From NCBI GenBank assembly GCA_038245785.1, contig JBBRSB010000012.1:32001-96000 (forward strand): DNA of 64,000 nucleotides, read 5' to 3'. The position numbers and the translations under genes are program-made. Of the stretch, positions 1-8,392 are shown one piece after another. The notes beneath the pieces were generated by a model. That model was not told the DNA's origin, searched no databases, and worked only from the letters and a program-made list of their open reading frames with translations. The stretch's first letter is position 1. Each line of letters begins with the position of its first letter. Origin of the DNA: Gloeobacterales cyanobacterium (lineage in GTDB: Bacteria > Cyanobacteriota > Cyanobacteriia > Gloeobacterales > PMM-0068).

Positions 1-469
1 GCGGCTAGCAATGCTCCCTTTGGAAGTGGTGGTGCGCAATATTGCGGCGGGGAGCCTGTGTAAACGGTATGGAATCGCTTCTGGACAGATTTTGGAAGAA
101 CCGCTGGTTGAATTTTTTTACAAGGCCGATGAGCTGCAAGACCCGATGCTCAACGATGACCATGTCACCCAAGTTTTAAAGATTGTCAGCAAGCCTGAAC
201 TCCAGCAGATTAAAGACCTTACCCTCAAAATCAATCAGGTTCTGCAAGCTTTCTTTTTGCGCTGCAATCTCCGCCTCGTAGACTTTAAATTAGAATATGG
301 CTGGGATACAGACCATAATCTTGTTTTGGGCGATGAGATCAGCCAGGATAACTGTCGGCTTTGGGATGTGACGGATAATCGAGTTCTGGATAAGGACCGC
401 TTCCGGATGGATATGGGCGATGTAGAAAGTTCTTATCAGGAAGTGATGAAGAGAGTTTTAGAAGCCTAG
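1..469 (+). CDS. purC: Phosphoribosylaminoimidazole-succinocarboxamide (SAICAR) synthase, 5'-truncated by the window edge
   Basis: Motifs PLEVVVRNIAAGS, LVDFKLEYG, GDEISQDNCRLWD and DKDRFR. Confidence 0.96.
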   Translation, partial: RLAMLPLEVVVRNIAAGSLCKRYGIASGQILEEPLVEFFYKADELQDPMLNDDHVTQVLKIVSKPELQQIKDLTLKINQVLQAFFLRCNLRLVDFKLEYGWDTDHNLVLGDEISQDNCRLWDVTDNRVLDKDRFRMDMGDVESSYQEVMKRVLEA

Positions 470-622
470 GGCACTCAATCAGGTTTCTTAACAAGGCCGT
501 AGGCATCTTAGTCAGTAACATTGATGGGGGCTATGGCTAGGAGTTTTGGGCCCTTAATCAGGTTTAATGAATTCATGCGCATCTTAGTTAGTAATGATGA
601 CGGGGTTTATGCACCGGGAGTT
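469..622 (+). repeat. Degenerate ~79-bp tandem duplication of the surE upstream region and 5' end
   Basis: Copy 1 gggcactcaatcaggttt...gcatcttagtcagtaacattgatgggggctatg (469-545) matches copy 2 gggcccttaatcaggttt...gcatcttagttagtaatgatgacggggtttatg (548-622). Confidence 0.75.
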
Positions 623-1354
623 AGGACACTGGTTCAGGCTCTGGTGCAGGAAAATCACGAAGTTACGGTAGTCTGCCCTGACCGAGAACGTTCTGCTACC
701 GGGCATGCGCTCACGCTCCATAAACCACTCAGGGTGGACCGCATTGATAACCTCTTCTCCCCTGAAGCACTGGTCTATGCCGTCAGTGGAACCCCTTCTG
801 ATTGCGTGAAATTAGGTCTAGATGCCCTGCTAGAGCAAAAACCAGACATCGTGATTTCTGGCATCAATCGGGGCGCTAATCTTGGAACCGATGTTCTCTA
901 CTCTGGGACAGTGTCGGCGGCGATGGAAGGAACGATGGAAGGCTTTCCTAGTTTGGCGGTTTCTCTGGTGAGCTACAGTGCCTACGACTTCGAGCCCGCC
1001 GCTCGATTTGTCACTCGCTTTATTCAAGACTTAGCTCAAAAGCCAGTCAGCGGTGGTTTTCTGCTCAATATTAATGTCCCCGCTATTGCCGAGGAAGACC
1101 TCTGTGGTCATGTCCTCACCCAACTAGGCGTGCGACGATACACCGATATTTTTGAAAAACGGATTGACCCTAGAGGCAAAGTCTATTACTGGTTGGCGGG
1201 TGTTGCCCAAGAAGCCGAAGAAAAACCAGGTACTGACGTGTGGGCTGTGCGCAGTAACTATATTTCAATCACGCCACTCCACTTTGACCTTTCCGATGCT
1301 CCTGGATTTAACCGCTGGATGGATTGGGGCTTAAATACTTCTCCAATGGCGTGA
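575..1354 (+). CDS. surE: 5'/3'-nucleotidase SurE
   Basis: MRILVSNDDG start, SGTPSDCV, SGINRGANLG..VLYSGTVSAAMEG; start placed at ATG 575. Confidence 0.96.
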   Translation: MRILVSNDDGVYAPGVRTLVQALVQENHEVTVVCPDRERSATGHALTLHKPLRVDRIDNLFSPEALVYAVSGTPSDCVKLGLDALLEQKPDIVISGINRGANLGTDVLYSGTVSAAMEGTMEGFPSLAVSLVSYSAYDFEPAARFVTRFIQDLAQKPVSGGFLLNINVPAIAEEDLCGHVLTQLGVRRYTDIFEKRIDPRGKVYYWLAGVAQEAEEKPGTDVWAVRSNYISITPLHFDLSDAPGFNRWMDWGLNTSPMA

Positions 1355-1361
1355 ATGGATC

Positions 1362-2102
1362 TCAGGCCGCTGGTTTTTCAAAAATCAGCAGGTGTTGATA
1401 GGGGAGAAAATCCTTGGTTTCTTTCCAGATTAAATTAACGGCGGCCATCTCTTTGCGGACTTGGTCTTGGGTCATTTTATGGACCGCTTTAATCGGCACA
1501 TTCGAGTCTTCGCCGCGATATTCGATCAGGGCTACCCGCCCGCCTGGTTTGAGTGATTTAACCACGGCCTGCATCACTTCCCGAGGATAAGACAGCTCAT
1601 GGTAGGTGTCGACGAGCAAAGCTAGATCGACGGCGGATGTTGGTAAATTTGGGTTGGTAATCGTGCCTTGAATAGGCTCAACATTAGTGATTTTGCGGTC
1701 TTTTGTCAGTCCTTTGAGGACTTTGACCATTTCTGGTTGGACATCGACGGCTAAAACCTTTCCTTGAGGGACCACGGGGCTAATGCGAAATGTGAAATAG
1801 CCTGTGCCTGCTCCAATATCCGCAACCACATCGGTCGGTTTTAGATTTAAGCTCTTAATCACCTGGTCTGGTTTCTCCGTGACTTCACGACTAGAGCGTT
1901 CTAACCAAGCGGCTCCATCAAAGCCCATTACGTGAGCAATCTCACGACCCATGTAAAACTTGCCGATGCCGTCGGGATCATGGAGGGTTTTCTCTTCGTA
2001 TACCGGAGCGGTGGGAGAAACGGAGACAGGGGCTGAAGTTGCACCACAGGCAGCCAACACAAACCCTAGAAAGATTAGGGACAGATGTTTTTTTAATCGC
2101 AT
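1362..2102 (-). CDS. Class I SAM-dependent methyltransferase with lipoprotein-like signal
   Basis: VADIGAGTGYF motif, LKPGGR; N-terminal LAAC lipobox. Confidence 0.85.
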   Translation of the reverse strand: MRLKKHLSLIFLGFVLAACGATSAPVSVSPTAPVYEEKTLHDPDGIGKFYMGREIAHVMGFDGAAWLERSSREVTEKPDQVIKSLNLKPTDVVADIGAGTGYFTFRISPVVPQGKVLAVDVQPEMVKVLKGLTKDRKITNVEPIQGTITNPNLPTSAVDLALLVDTYHELSYPREVMQAVVKSLKPGGRVALIEYRGEDSNVPIKAVHKMTQDQVRKEMAAVNLIWKETKDFLPYQHLLIFEKPAA

Positions 2103-2111
2103 ATCCAGATT

Positions 2112-2660
2112 CTACGGCTGCTTAGCCCAAGCTGCCTGCATTTGCTCAAGCACTTGCTCTGGATTGATCAGTTGTCCCTTGTAGCGTAGAGTCCAATGAA
2201 GATGAGGCCCTGTACTTCTTCCAGTAGATCCAACAGCGGCGATTATCTGTCCTGCTTCAACAACATTGCCTGCTTCCACGGCCACGGCTTGAATATGACA
2301 ATACAGATGGGTCCAAGGCCCTGACTCAACCGCTATGTGCCATCCACAGCGAGAGTCGTACTCCACTTTTTTGACCGTGCCTCCAGCCCAAGAACGAATA
2401 TAGGAGCCAGCCGGAGCAGCAAGGTCTAGACCATTATGAAATTCTTGTCCTTCTCCGCCAGTAGCCGAAGGGCGATAGCCAAAACGGGAAGAGATACGAG
2501 AGAAATTATCTACGGGAAAAGAAACGGTCCGCCAAAGATTTTGGTTTGGGTCCGTGGGATTTTGGTCTGCATAGGCAGGTCTACTCACCAAAAAGGTACT
2601 CAAAAGAAGCCAGAGTAGCGCACTCCTATAAATTACGTATTTCACTACCTCACGCCTCAC
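2112..2660 (-). CDS. M23 family metallopeptidase, secreted
   Basis: HNGLDLAA, YCH, GSTGRSTGPHLH; signal peptide ending PAYA. Confidence 0.92.
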   Translation of the reverse strand: MRREVVKYVIYRSALLWLLLSTFLVSRPAYADQNPTDPNQNLWRTVSFPVDNFSRISSRFGYRPSATGGEGQEFHNGLDLAAPAGSYIRSWAGGTVKKVEYDSRCGWHIAVESGPWTHLYCHIQAVAVEAGNVVEAGQIIAAVGSTGRSTGPHLHWTLRYKGQLINPEQVLEQMQAAWAKQP

Positions 2661-2719
2661 CCTTGGAAAGGGGTCCCGATTATATAGGACGCTCTGTTAG
2701 GATACCCCTACAAAGCACT

Positions 2720-2741
2720 AAAAAACCTCCTATGTAGGAGG
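2720..2741 (-). terminator. Rho-independent terminator downstream of the psbO-like gene
   Basis: Stem cctccta-tg-taggagg followed by a T6 run on the minus strand. Confidence 0.7.
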
Positions 2742-2764
2742 CTTTCTAGACTATATCAGGGAGC

Positions 2765-3523
2765 TTAGGTTCCTGGCTTGAAGTTACCAACAAAGTAACC
2801 TTCAACTTCTACCTCACCCTTACCTGCGACCCCAGAGGCTTGATCCGAAACAAAAGTCCCAGAAATTTCACCCTTCTCAGCATTAATGTTTCTTACCTGG
2901 AAAGTGATTTTGCCCTCGCCACTTTCCCGTTCTCTAGACTCCGCTGTCCCTTTTTCCGCGACCTTAGGGCTGTAGGCATAGAAAGCCGTGGACTGATCAT
3001 AGCCAGCATCTGCGCCCCGTCCACGAGAATCGGTATAGCCCAAACCTCTGAGTGGAGGAACAGTAATAGACCCGACAAGGTTGGTGGAAGTATCTATCTG
3101 ACTAGCCACTGCGCCACTTGCTTGCAGGGCATTAATCGTAAAATTAAAGGGAATACGTTCGCTACCCTGCTGCAAGGTCGCTTGCGTACCGTGACGACCC
3201 CCTGCATAGGTGAAAGAAACTTTGCCGGAGGCATCCTTGGAAAGTTCGGCGCTTACTGGACCAAGGGGAGAGGTGTTTCCCCAGATAATTTTGGCGAGCT
3301 TGCCTTCATACTTGGCCGTACGTGCTTCCATACAGAGGTTGGTGGTCTTTAGGACCGTGCCAGGCGCCAGGGTGATAGAACCCCGACCTTCACTGGCTTT
3401 AGGACAATGGACATTACCGTAGACCGGCACTGCTGTGGATCCGATGCTACGGTCAGAACTGCAACTGGTTAGGGCCAAAGCTCCAAAACCAAAAATTAGA
3501 ACAGCGAGTACCGGGCTCTTCAT
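2765..3523 (-). CDS. psbO: Photosystem II manganese-stabilizing protein PsbO, highly divergent
   Basis: Cys pair (HCP...NLCME), ERIPFNFTI, VPPLRG..TDSRGRG..AGYD and GEISGTFVSDQAS align by eye to PsbO motifs ERVPFLFTV, VPSYR..FLDPKGRG..GYD and GEIAGTFESEQ. Confidence 0.85.
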   Translation of the reverse strand: MKSPVLAVLIFGFGALALTSCSSDRSIGSTAVPVYGNVHCPKASEGRGSITLAPGTVLKTTNLCMEARTAKYEGKLAKIIWGNTSPLGPVSAELSKDASGKVSFTYAGGRHGTQATLQQGSERIPFNFTINALQASGAVASQIDTSTNLVGSITVPPLRGLGYTDSRGRGADAGYDQSTAFYAYSPKVAEKGTAESRERESGEGKITFQVRNINAEKGEISGTFVSDQASGVAGKGEVEVEGYFVGNFKPGT

Positions 3524-3752
3524 TGGGCATCAACCTCTTACTGCAATCAGGGGGAGCGCTACAAGTCTTCATTAAAAAATAATCTGCCGCCATATGGCGA
3601 ATCTTAAAGGGATATTGCAAATTACTTTACAGAATCATCAATATCGTACATCAGGAAGTTGTAACTGTTACACAAATCTAGATACAGGGCTTAATGCTAC
3701 TTTTCTCATAGGATATTAGAAATGAAAGCTATTCAAGAATAAAGGAGCGGGC

Positions 3753-3923
3753 ATGGACCGTAAAGTAATCGAAGTAAAAATTGAAGCCATTAGAGAGAAA
3801 CGTAGCTTTGTTGTTTCCTTATTGGAGCGGACAGATTTGAGTGCTTCTCTTCAAAGTGATGTGCGAGAGGCCCTCAATGAGATCGATGACCTCCTCGCAG
3901 AGTATGAGCAGATGTTCTTCTAG
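3753..3923 (+). CDS. Small helical hypothetical protein, 56 aa (not in the ORF track)
   Basis: AAGGAG RBS before ATG; MDRKVIEVKIEAIREKRSFVVSLLERTDLSASLQSDVREALNEIDDLLAEYEQMFF. Confidence 0.75.
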   Translation: MDRKVIEVKIEAIREKRSFVVSLLERTDLSASLQSDVREALNEIDDLLAEYEQMFF

Positions 3924-3938
3924 GCAATCCCAAAAGAC

Positions 3939-4067
3939 TTACAGCCTGATGTGCTCGCCACCCACCTTGAGGATTCCGAAGCCCAAAGCCATTGCTCCTA
4001 TGGTCAAGACAAACATCCCAACCCCGATGCCAATAATTTCAGACACAGGAATACTAGCGATTAGCAT
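3939..4067 (-). CDS. petM: Probable cytochrome b6f subunit 7 (PetM-like), 42 aa (not in the ORF track)
   Basis: MLIASIPVSEIIGIGVGMFVLTIGAMALGFGILKVGGEHIRL; single TM helix with EI...F.LT......GF..LK..G pattern; GGGGGTGA RBS. Confidence 0.62.
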   Translation of the reverse strand: MLIASIPVSEIIGIGVGMFVLTIGAMALGFGILKVGGEHIRL

Positions 4068-4133
4068 GACTCACCCCCATAACAATGCCTCTTAAGATAA
4101 CGCCCTTTTTGCCTAAGGCGCATTCCTGCCAAT

Positions 4134-4162
4134 AAAAATGCTGCGGAGGAAGTTCCGCAGCA
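4134..4162 (-). terminator. Rho-independent terminator downstream of the peroxiredoxin gene
   Basis: Stem tgctgcgga...tccgcagca followed by a T-run on the minus strand. Confidence 0.65.
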
Positions 4163-4280
4163 CACTCCAAACCAAGATTCTGCAGCTCTGTTGTTTAAGA
4201 ATAAGTTTCTTGAACAATGATTGCACAATAGTAATATCCCATTTTTTCGGACCTAAAGTTTACAACTCGAGGCAATTTCC

Positions 4281-5015
4281 TCAGGCGACCCCTAGGTAAG
4301 CGGCTAGATCCTCAGATCCACCAATCAGTTTGCCATCAATAAATACCTGTGGAACCGTCATTGCGCCCGTAACAGCTCGGACAGAACGAGTCGTCACATC
4401 TTTGCCGACCGTGATTTCTTCGTAATCTAAGCCATGCTCCTGCAGCATAGTTTTAGCTTTGGCACAGAAGGGGCATCCTACTTTGGCGAACAAAGAAACT
4501 ACTTTAGGCTTGGCCGCTTCGGGGTTGATGTAACGGAGCATAGTTTGAGCATCCGATACCTTGAAAGGGTCTCCTGGTTCTTCTGGTTCAATAAACATTT
4601 TGTCGACGACTCCGTCTTTCACCAGCATGGAATAGCGCCACGACCGTTTGCCAAAGCCCAAGTCTGTCTTGTCCACCAGCATGCCCATGCCTTCTGTGAA
4701 CTCTCCATTGCCATCGGGAATCAAGGTTACATGCTCTGCTTCCTGATCTTTTGCCCATTCGTTCATGACAAAAGTGTCATTGACGGACATGCAAACGATC
4801 TTATCCACGCCATTCTCTTTGAAAACTTTAGCCAGTTCGTTATAGCCAGGCAGGTGGGTAGAGGAGCAAGTCGGGGTAAAAGCGCCTGGCAAGGAGAAAA
4901 CAACGACATTTTTGTCTGTAAATAGGTCATCAGTCGTTATATCAACCCATTGGTTATTTTGGCGGGTACGAAAAGTAACGTTAGGAACTTTTTGGCCTTC
5001 TTGATTCAGTAACAT
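4281..5015 (-). CDS. Hybrid Prx5 peroxiredoxin-glutaredoxin (glutathione-dependent peroxidase)
   Basis: PGAFTPTCS peroxiredoxin motif plus C-terminal CPFC and [14 protein letters not shown] glutaredoxin domain. Confidence 0.93.
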   Translation of the reverse strand: MLLNQEGQKVPNVTFRTRQNNQWVDITTDDLFTDKNVVVFSLPGAFTPTCSSTHLPGYNELAKVFKENGVDKIVCMSVNDTFVMNEWAKDQEAEHVTLIPDGNGEFTEGMGMLVDKTDLGFGKRSWRYSMLVKDGVVDKMFIEPEEPGDPFKVSDAQTMLRYINPEAAKPKVVSLFAKVGCPFCAKAKTMLQEHGLDYEEITVGKDVTTRSVRAVTGAMTVPQVFIDGKLIGGSEDLAAYLGVA

Positions 5016-5067
5016 GCGATTTCACTCCTGATGGGGCTTAACAAATTACAACAAATGCATCTAGTTA

Positions 5068-5090
5068 AGCGTACTCATTATGAGTATGCT
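5068..5090. promoter_or_regulatory. Candidate operator palindrome between the divergent peroxiredoxin and thioesterase genes
   Basis: AGCGTACTCAT-T-ATGAGTATGCT, 11-1-11 inverted repeat with one mismatch. Confidence 0.5.
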
Positions 5091-5173
5091 CCGTCAAGTT
5101 GGATTAGGGCAGGGATTGGAAAAGATGCCCCGTCTCAGGAGTAGGCTTGTTAGATAGTATTGCTTTCTGAATT

Positions 5174-5620
5174 ATGTTAGACGCTCAAGGTTGGTTTTGG
5201 GTCGCTCATCCCATCTATCCCCACGATACGGACTACGGCGGCGTGGTTTCTCATCGGGCCATTGTTCAGTGGCTAGAGATGGCCCGGATTCAATTTGCAG
5301 CGGCTGCAGGGTCTTCTCTCTCGGAATTAGTGCAGCAAGGGATTGACCTCCCGGTCACTGCTTTAAATGTGACCTACACCAAAGCAATCCCCTACGGCAC
5401 CGAAATCCTTCTGGGAACTCAACTAGTACAACTGAAAGGGCCTCGCTTGGCCTGGTGCTATCGGGTTAAAGACGCGACAGAGACTACTTATGTGCAGGGA
5501 CAGAGCGACCATGCCATCGTTCAGGTGGTGGATGGAGGCTGGCGTCCTAGTCGGCGGATCCCAGAAGTTTTGGAGCAGTCTCTGCGGCCCTTTCTCGTGG
5601 TCCCCCAAGAACCAATCTAA
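5174..5620 (+). CDS. Hot-dog fold acyl-CoA thioesterase (YbgC/4HBT family)
   Basis: YPHDTDYGGVVSH...WLEMAR motif. Confidence 0.88.
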   Translation: MLDAQGWFWVAHPIYPHDTDYGGVVSHRAIVQWLEMARIQFAAAAGSSLSELVQQGIDLPVTALNVTYTKAIPYGTEILLGTQLVQLKGPRLAWCYRVKDATETTYVQGQSDHAIVQVVDGGWRPSRRIPEVLEQSLRPFLVVPQEPI

Positions 5621-5702
5621 AATGTTCACTAAGCCACAAAAGTCTGCAGATCTCTAGGGTATGTTTGAGGGATATAGGATAGGAAGCAGTGAGAACGAAG
5701 CC

Positions 5703-5897
5703 ATGACTAAGAGCAATACTAAGGGCGATCTATCAGCACCTTCTAATGGCAACACGTGGGAATCTCTAAAGAAAGCTATTGTCAAAAGCTCTGGGTTCCT
5801 TAGATGGCAAGAGGCCAAGAACTTCAAAGTATCTGTGACCGACGAGGAACGGGTGCGCCTCTACTTAAGGGAGACGCTTCAGACCTTAGCTTATTGA
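5703..5897 (+). CDS. Small conserved cyanobacterial hypothetical protein
   Basis: WESLKKAI..SSGFLRW...YLRETLQTLAY pattern. Confidence 0.75.
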   Translation: MTKSNTKGDLSAPSNGNTWESLKKAIVKSSGFLRWQEAKNFKVSVTDEERVRLYLRETLQTLAY

Positions 5898-5924
5898 ATT
5901 TCGGCTTGCTAGGACTTTCTAGAC

Positions 5925-7205
5925 CTAGACTTTGGACTTGCTAACAGCCCAGTCCTTACCAATTTTTACCGTTACATCAGAGAGAATATTGCCGGTGGCT
6001 TCTACCTTGATGTCTCCAAGCCCTAGTTCCTGTTGAACAAGTTCAGCAGGCGCTTTCTCGCCCTGTTGCGCGACGATCTCAGTATGCCAAATCGGGTCTA
6101 TCTGGTCACTCAAGGCTCCAAGGTTTGTAAATCCCTGCTTTCTAAGATACTTTCTGGCTCTCTGCAAAGCTGTAGGGTCACCGCTGCAGTTCTGTAAGAC
6201 GATGCGAATCTGACTAGGACGTAGCTCTGCGAGTTGAGTCTGGTTATCTCCCCAGGCAAAATATTGGTTTACAAGACCAGGAATTCTACTTTCCGTAGGG
6301 AGCCAGTAGCTAGCATTAAACTCTCCGGGACGGCTAAAGCGCCCTGGCAGCATGACAAGCTGTAGGTCTCTATCTGGTTTGACCCTAAGACCAAACTGAG
6401 CAAGGGACAGTAAATCTTCTAGCGATAGATCCGTATCAATATTTGCTTTGAGGACTTCGACAATTTGAGGTAAGCGGGTGAGTACATCGGGGCTGGCCAC
6501 TTTTTGGGCCAAAGCTTTAATTACTTGCTGTTGACGCTGGACACGACCGATATCCCCTAATTCATCGTGACGGAAGCGCATGAATTTTTGGGCATCAAGA
6601 CCGCCTAAGGTCTGCCATCCTTGGGAAATGTTGATATAGAGATGCTGGGAATCGTCGTTGTACTTGATCGCTTTTGGAAGGTAGACCCGAACACCTCCTA
6701 CGGCATTAACCAAATCAATGACCCCTAGGGTATTGATCCGCACATAGCGGTCAATCGGGACATCGTTCAAATTCTGGCTAATCGTTGGGGCCGCCAGCAG
6801 AATGCCTCCCCGCTGGTTTGCTTCGTTTGCCTTGCGTTTGCCTACTCCTTCGATGGTGAAACGACTATCGCGGGGAACGGACAGCACGTTGACTTTATTT
6901 TGCTCTGGGTCTAAGTGAGCCAGGAGAATCGTATCGGAGCGTCCATCAAGGGAGCTGGTTGCAGCTTTAAACCCGGTCTTAGTGGCGGATTTGCTAGCTA
7001 CTACGTCGGTTCCAAGAACCAGGATATTCATCGAGCGGTCTAGACGATTTCCACCGGAGCGCAACTTTTCAAGGACTGCTTGTTGTTCAGGTTTGAGGCT
7101 ACTAAAGGGGCGCGTATTGGGTAGCCACATAGCGGCCAAGGCACCTAGAGAAACAAATAGACAAAAGCAGGGGACCGCAAAAAGTAGCCAGCGTTTCATG
7201 AACAA
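5925..7205 (-). CDS. LCP (LytR-CpsA-Psr) family protein with LytR C-terminal domain
   Basis: NILVLGTD, RSDTILL, SVPRDS, RFRHD..GDIGRVQRQQ, DVTVKIGKDW. Confidence 0.93.
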   Translation of the reverse strand: MFMKRWLLFAVPCFCLFVSLGALAAMWLPNTRPFSSLKPEQQAVLEKLRSGGNRLDRSMNILVLGTDVVASKSATKTGFKAATSSLDGRSDTILLAHLDPEQNKVNVLSVPRDSRFTIEGVGKRKANEANQRGGILLAAPTISQNLNDVPIDRYVRINTLGVIDLVNAVGGVRVYLPKAIKYNDDSQHLYINISQGWQTLGGLDAQKFMRFRHDELGDIGRVQRQQQVIKALAQKVASPDVLTRLPQIVEVLKANIDTDLSLEDLLSLAQFGLRVKPDRDLQLVMLPGRFSRPGEFNASYWLPTESRIPGLVNQYFAWGDNQTQLAELRPSQIRIVLQNCSGDPTALQRARKYLRKQGFTNLGALSDQIDPIWHTEIVAQQGEKAPAELVQQELGLGDIKVEATGNILSDVTVKIGKDWAVSKSKV

Positions 7206-7438
7206 AGTCTCGAATACCCAAGATGGGCGAGTGATGTACCGATATGGACGTGGTATTCAACGAGCAGGTTGCCCATAAAAATTTAGTTAGGTGAGGTTAG
7301 GCGGTTAAACGGTATGCTGCGCCAAGAGAAATGCGTACTTTCTAGACGGATTATAACGCAGCGCTAGGGTTGTTCTGTGTCGAAATTAGCCGAAGCTGCA
7401 TCAGTCAAAGCCAAATTAGTGAAGGGAGAAGTAAAGTA

Positions 7439-8389
7439 ATGCAGGCTGTAATCGTTGCTGGTGGGAAAGGGACTCGTCTACGTCCGCTTACCTATGCCAC
7501 CCCGAAACCTATGATTCCCCTTTTTGACCGTCCTTTCTTACAGGTGCTCGTCGAAAGGTGCCGGGAAGTGGGGATCACGGACATTCTTCTGAATGTCCGC
7601 TATGGAGCTGAGCATATTCAGCGTTATTTCCAGGACGGTAGTCCATTCGGGGTCAAAGTCCGCTACAGCTTGGAAACAGAGGCTTTAGATACCTGTGGTG
7701 CGGTCAAGCTGGCGGAAGAATATTTCACGGGGGAGACCCTGCTGGTTTTCAATGCCGATATTCTGACTAATCTGGATCTAAGAGCGCTGATCGCGGCCCA
7801 TCAGTCAGCGCAAGCAAAAGCAACTATTGCTCTTTATCGCGTGCAAGACCCCACAGCTTACGGTCTGGTAGAGCTTGAGCCAGCAACAACGGCAGCACAA
7901 CCTGTCCGCGCCTTCCGCGAAAAACCAACGGCAGAGGAGGCCGCTCTCCTGGGCATCGATACGATCAATGCAGGCACTTACGTGATGGAGCCAGAAGTTT
8001 TTCTGGAAGTGCCTGCGGGTGAACCTTGGAGTATGGAGCGTCAACTGTTCCCCTCTCTGGTCAGCAAAGGAGCCGTTTTTGGATTTCCCTATGAAGGCTA
8101 TTGGATGGATATTGGCAATCCCCAAAAATATCTGCAGGCGCATCTGGATATTCTCTCTGGCGACATGCCCTATTCGCTGGAAGCCCAAGAGATGGCTCCT
8201 CAGGTTTGGGTAGCAGAAGGGGTAGAAATTGCTCCTGAAGCCAAACTCCAAGGTCCTTGCTATATCGGCCCCTATAGTCAGATAGGTCCCAAGGCGGTGA
8301 TCCCAGCGAATACGCTGGTGGGGAGAGGAGCCCTGATCAATAGTGCGTTGACGCCTGGAGTCTATCCAGCGGGGACCTGGGTTTATTAA
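7439..8389 (+). CDS. NDP-sugar pyrophosphorylase (mannose-1-phosphate guanylyltransferase-like)
   Basis: AGGKGTRLRPLT..PKPM, FREKP, YWMDIG, C-terminal hexapeptide repeats. Confidence 0.9.
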   Translation: MQAVIVAGGKGTRLRPLTYATPKPMIPLFDRPFLQVLVERCREVGITDILLNVRYGAEHIQRYFQDGSPFGVKVRYSLETEALDTCGAVKLAEEYFTGETLLVFNADILTNLDLRALIAAHQSAQAKATIALYRVQDPTAYGLVELEPATTAAQPVRAFREKPTAEEAALLGIDTINAGTYVMEPEVFLEVPAGEPWSMERQLFPSLVSKGAVFGFPYEGYWMDIGNPQKYLQAHLDILSGDMPYSLEAQEMAPQVWVAEGVEIAPEAKLQGPCYIGPYSQIGPKAVIPANTLVGRGALINSALTPGVYPAGTWVY

Positions 8390-8392
8390 AGG

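Noticed and set aside
3841..4095. 84-aa plus-strand ORF
   Set aside because: It overlaps two better-supported small genes with RBSs (3753-3923 + and 3939-4067 -).
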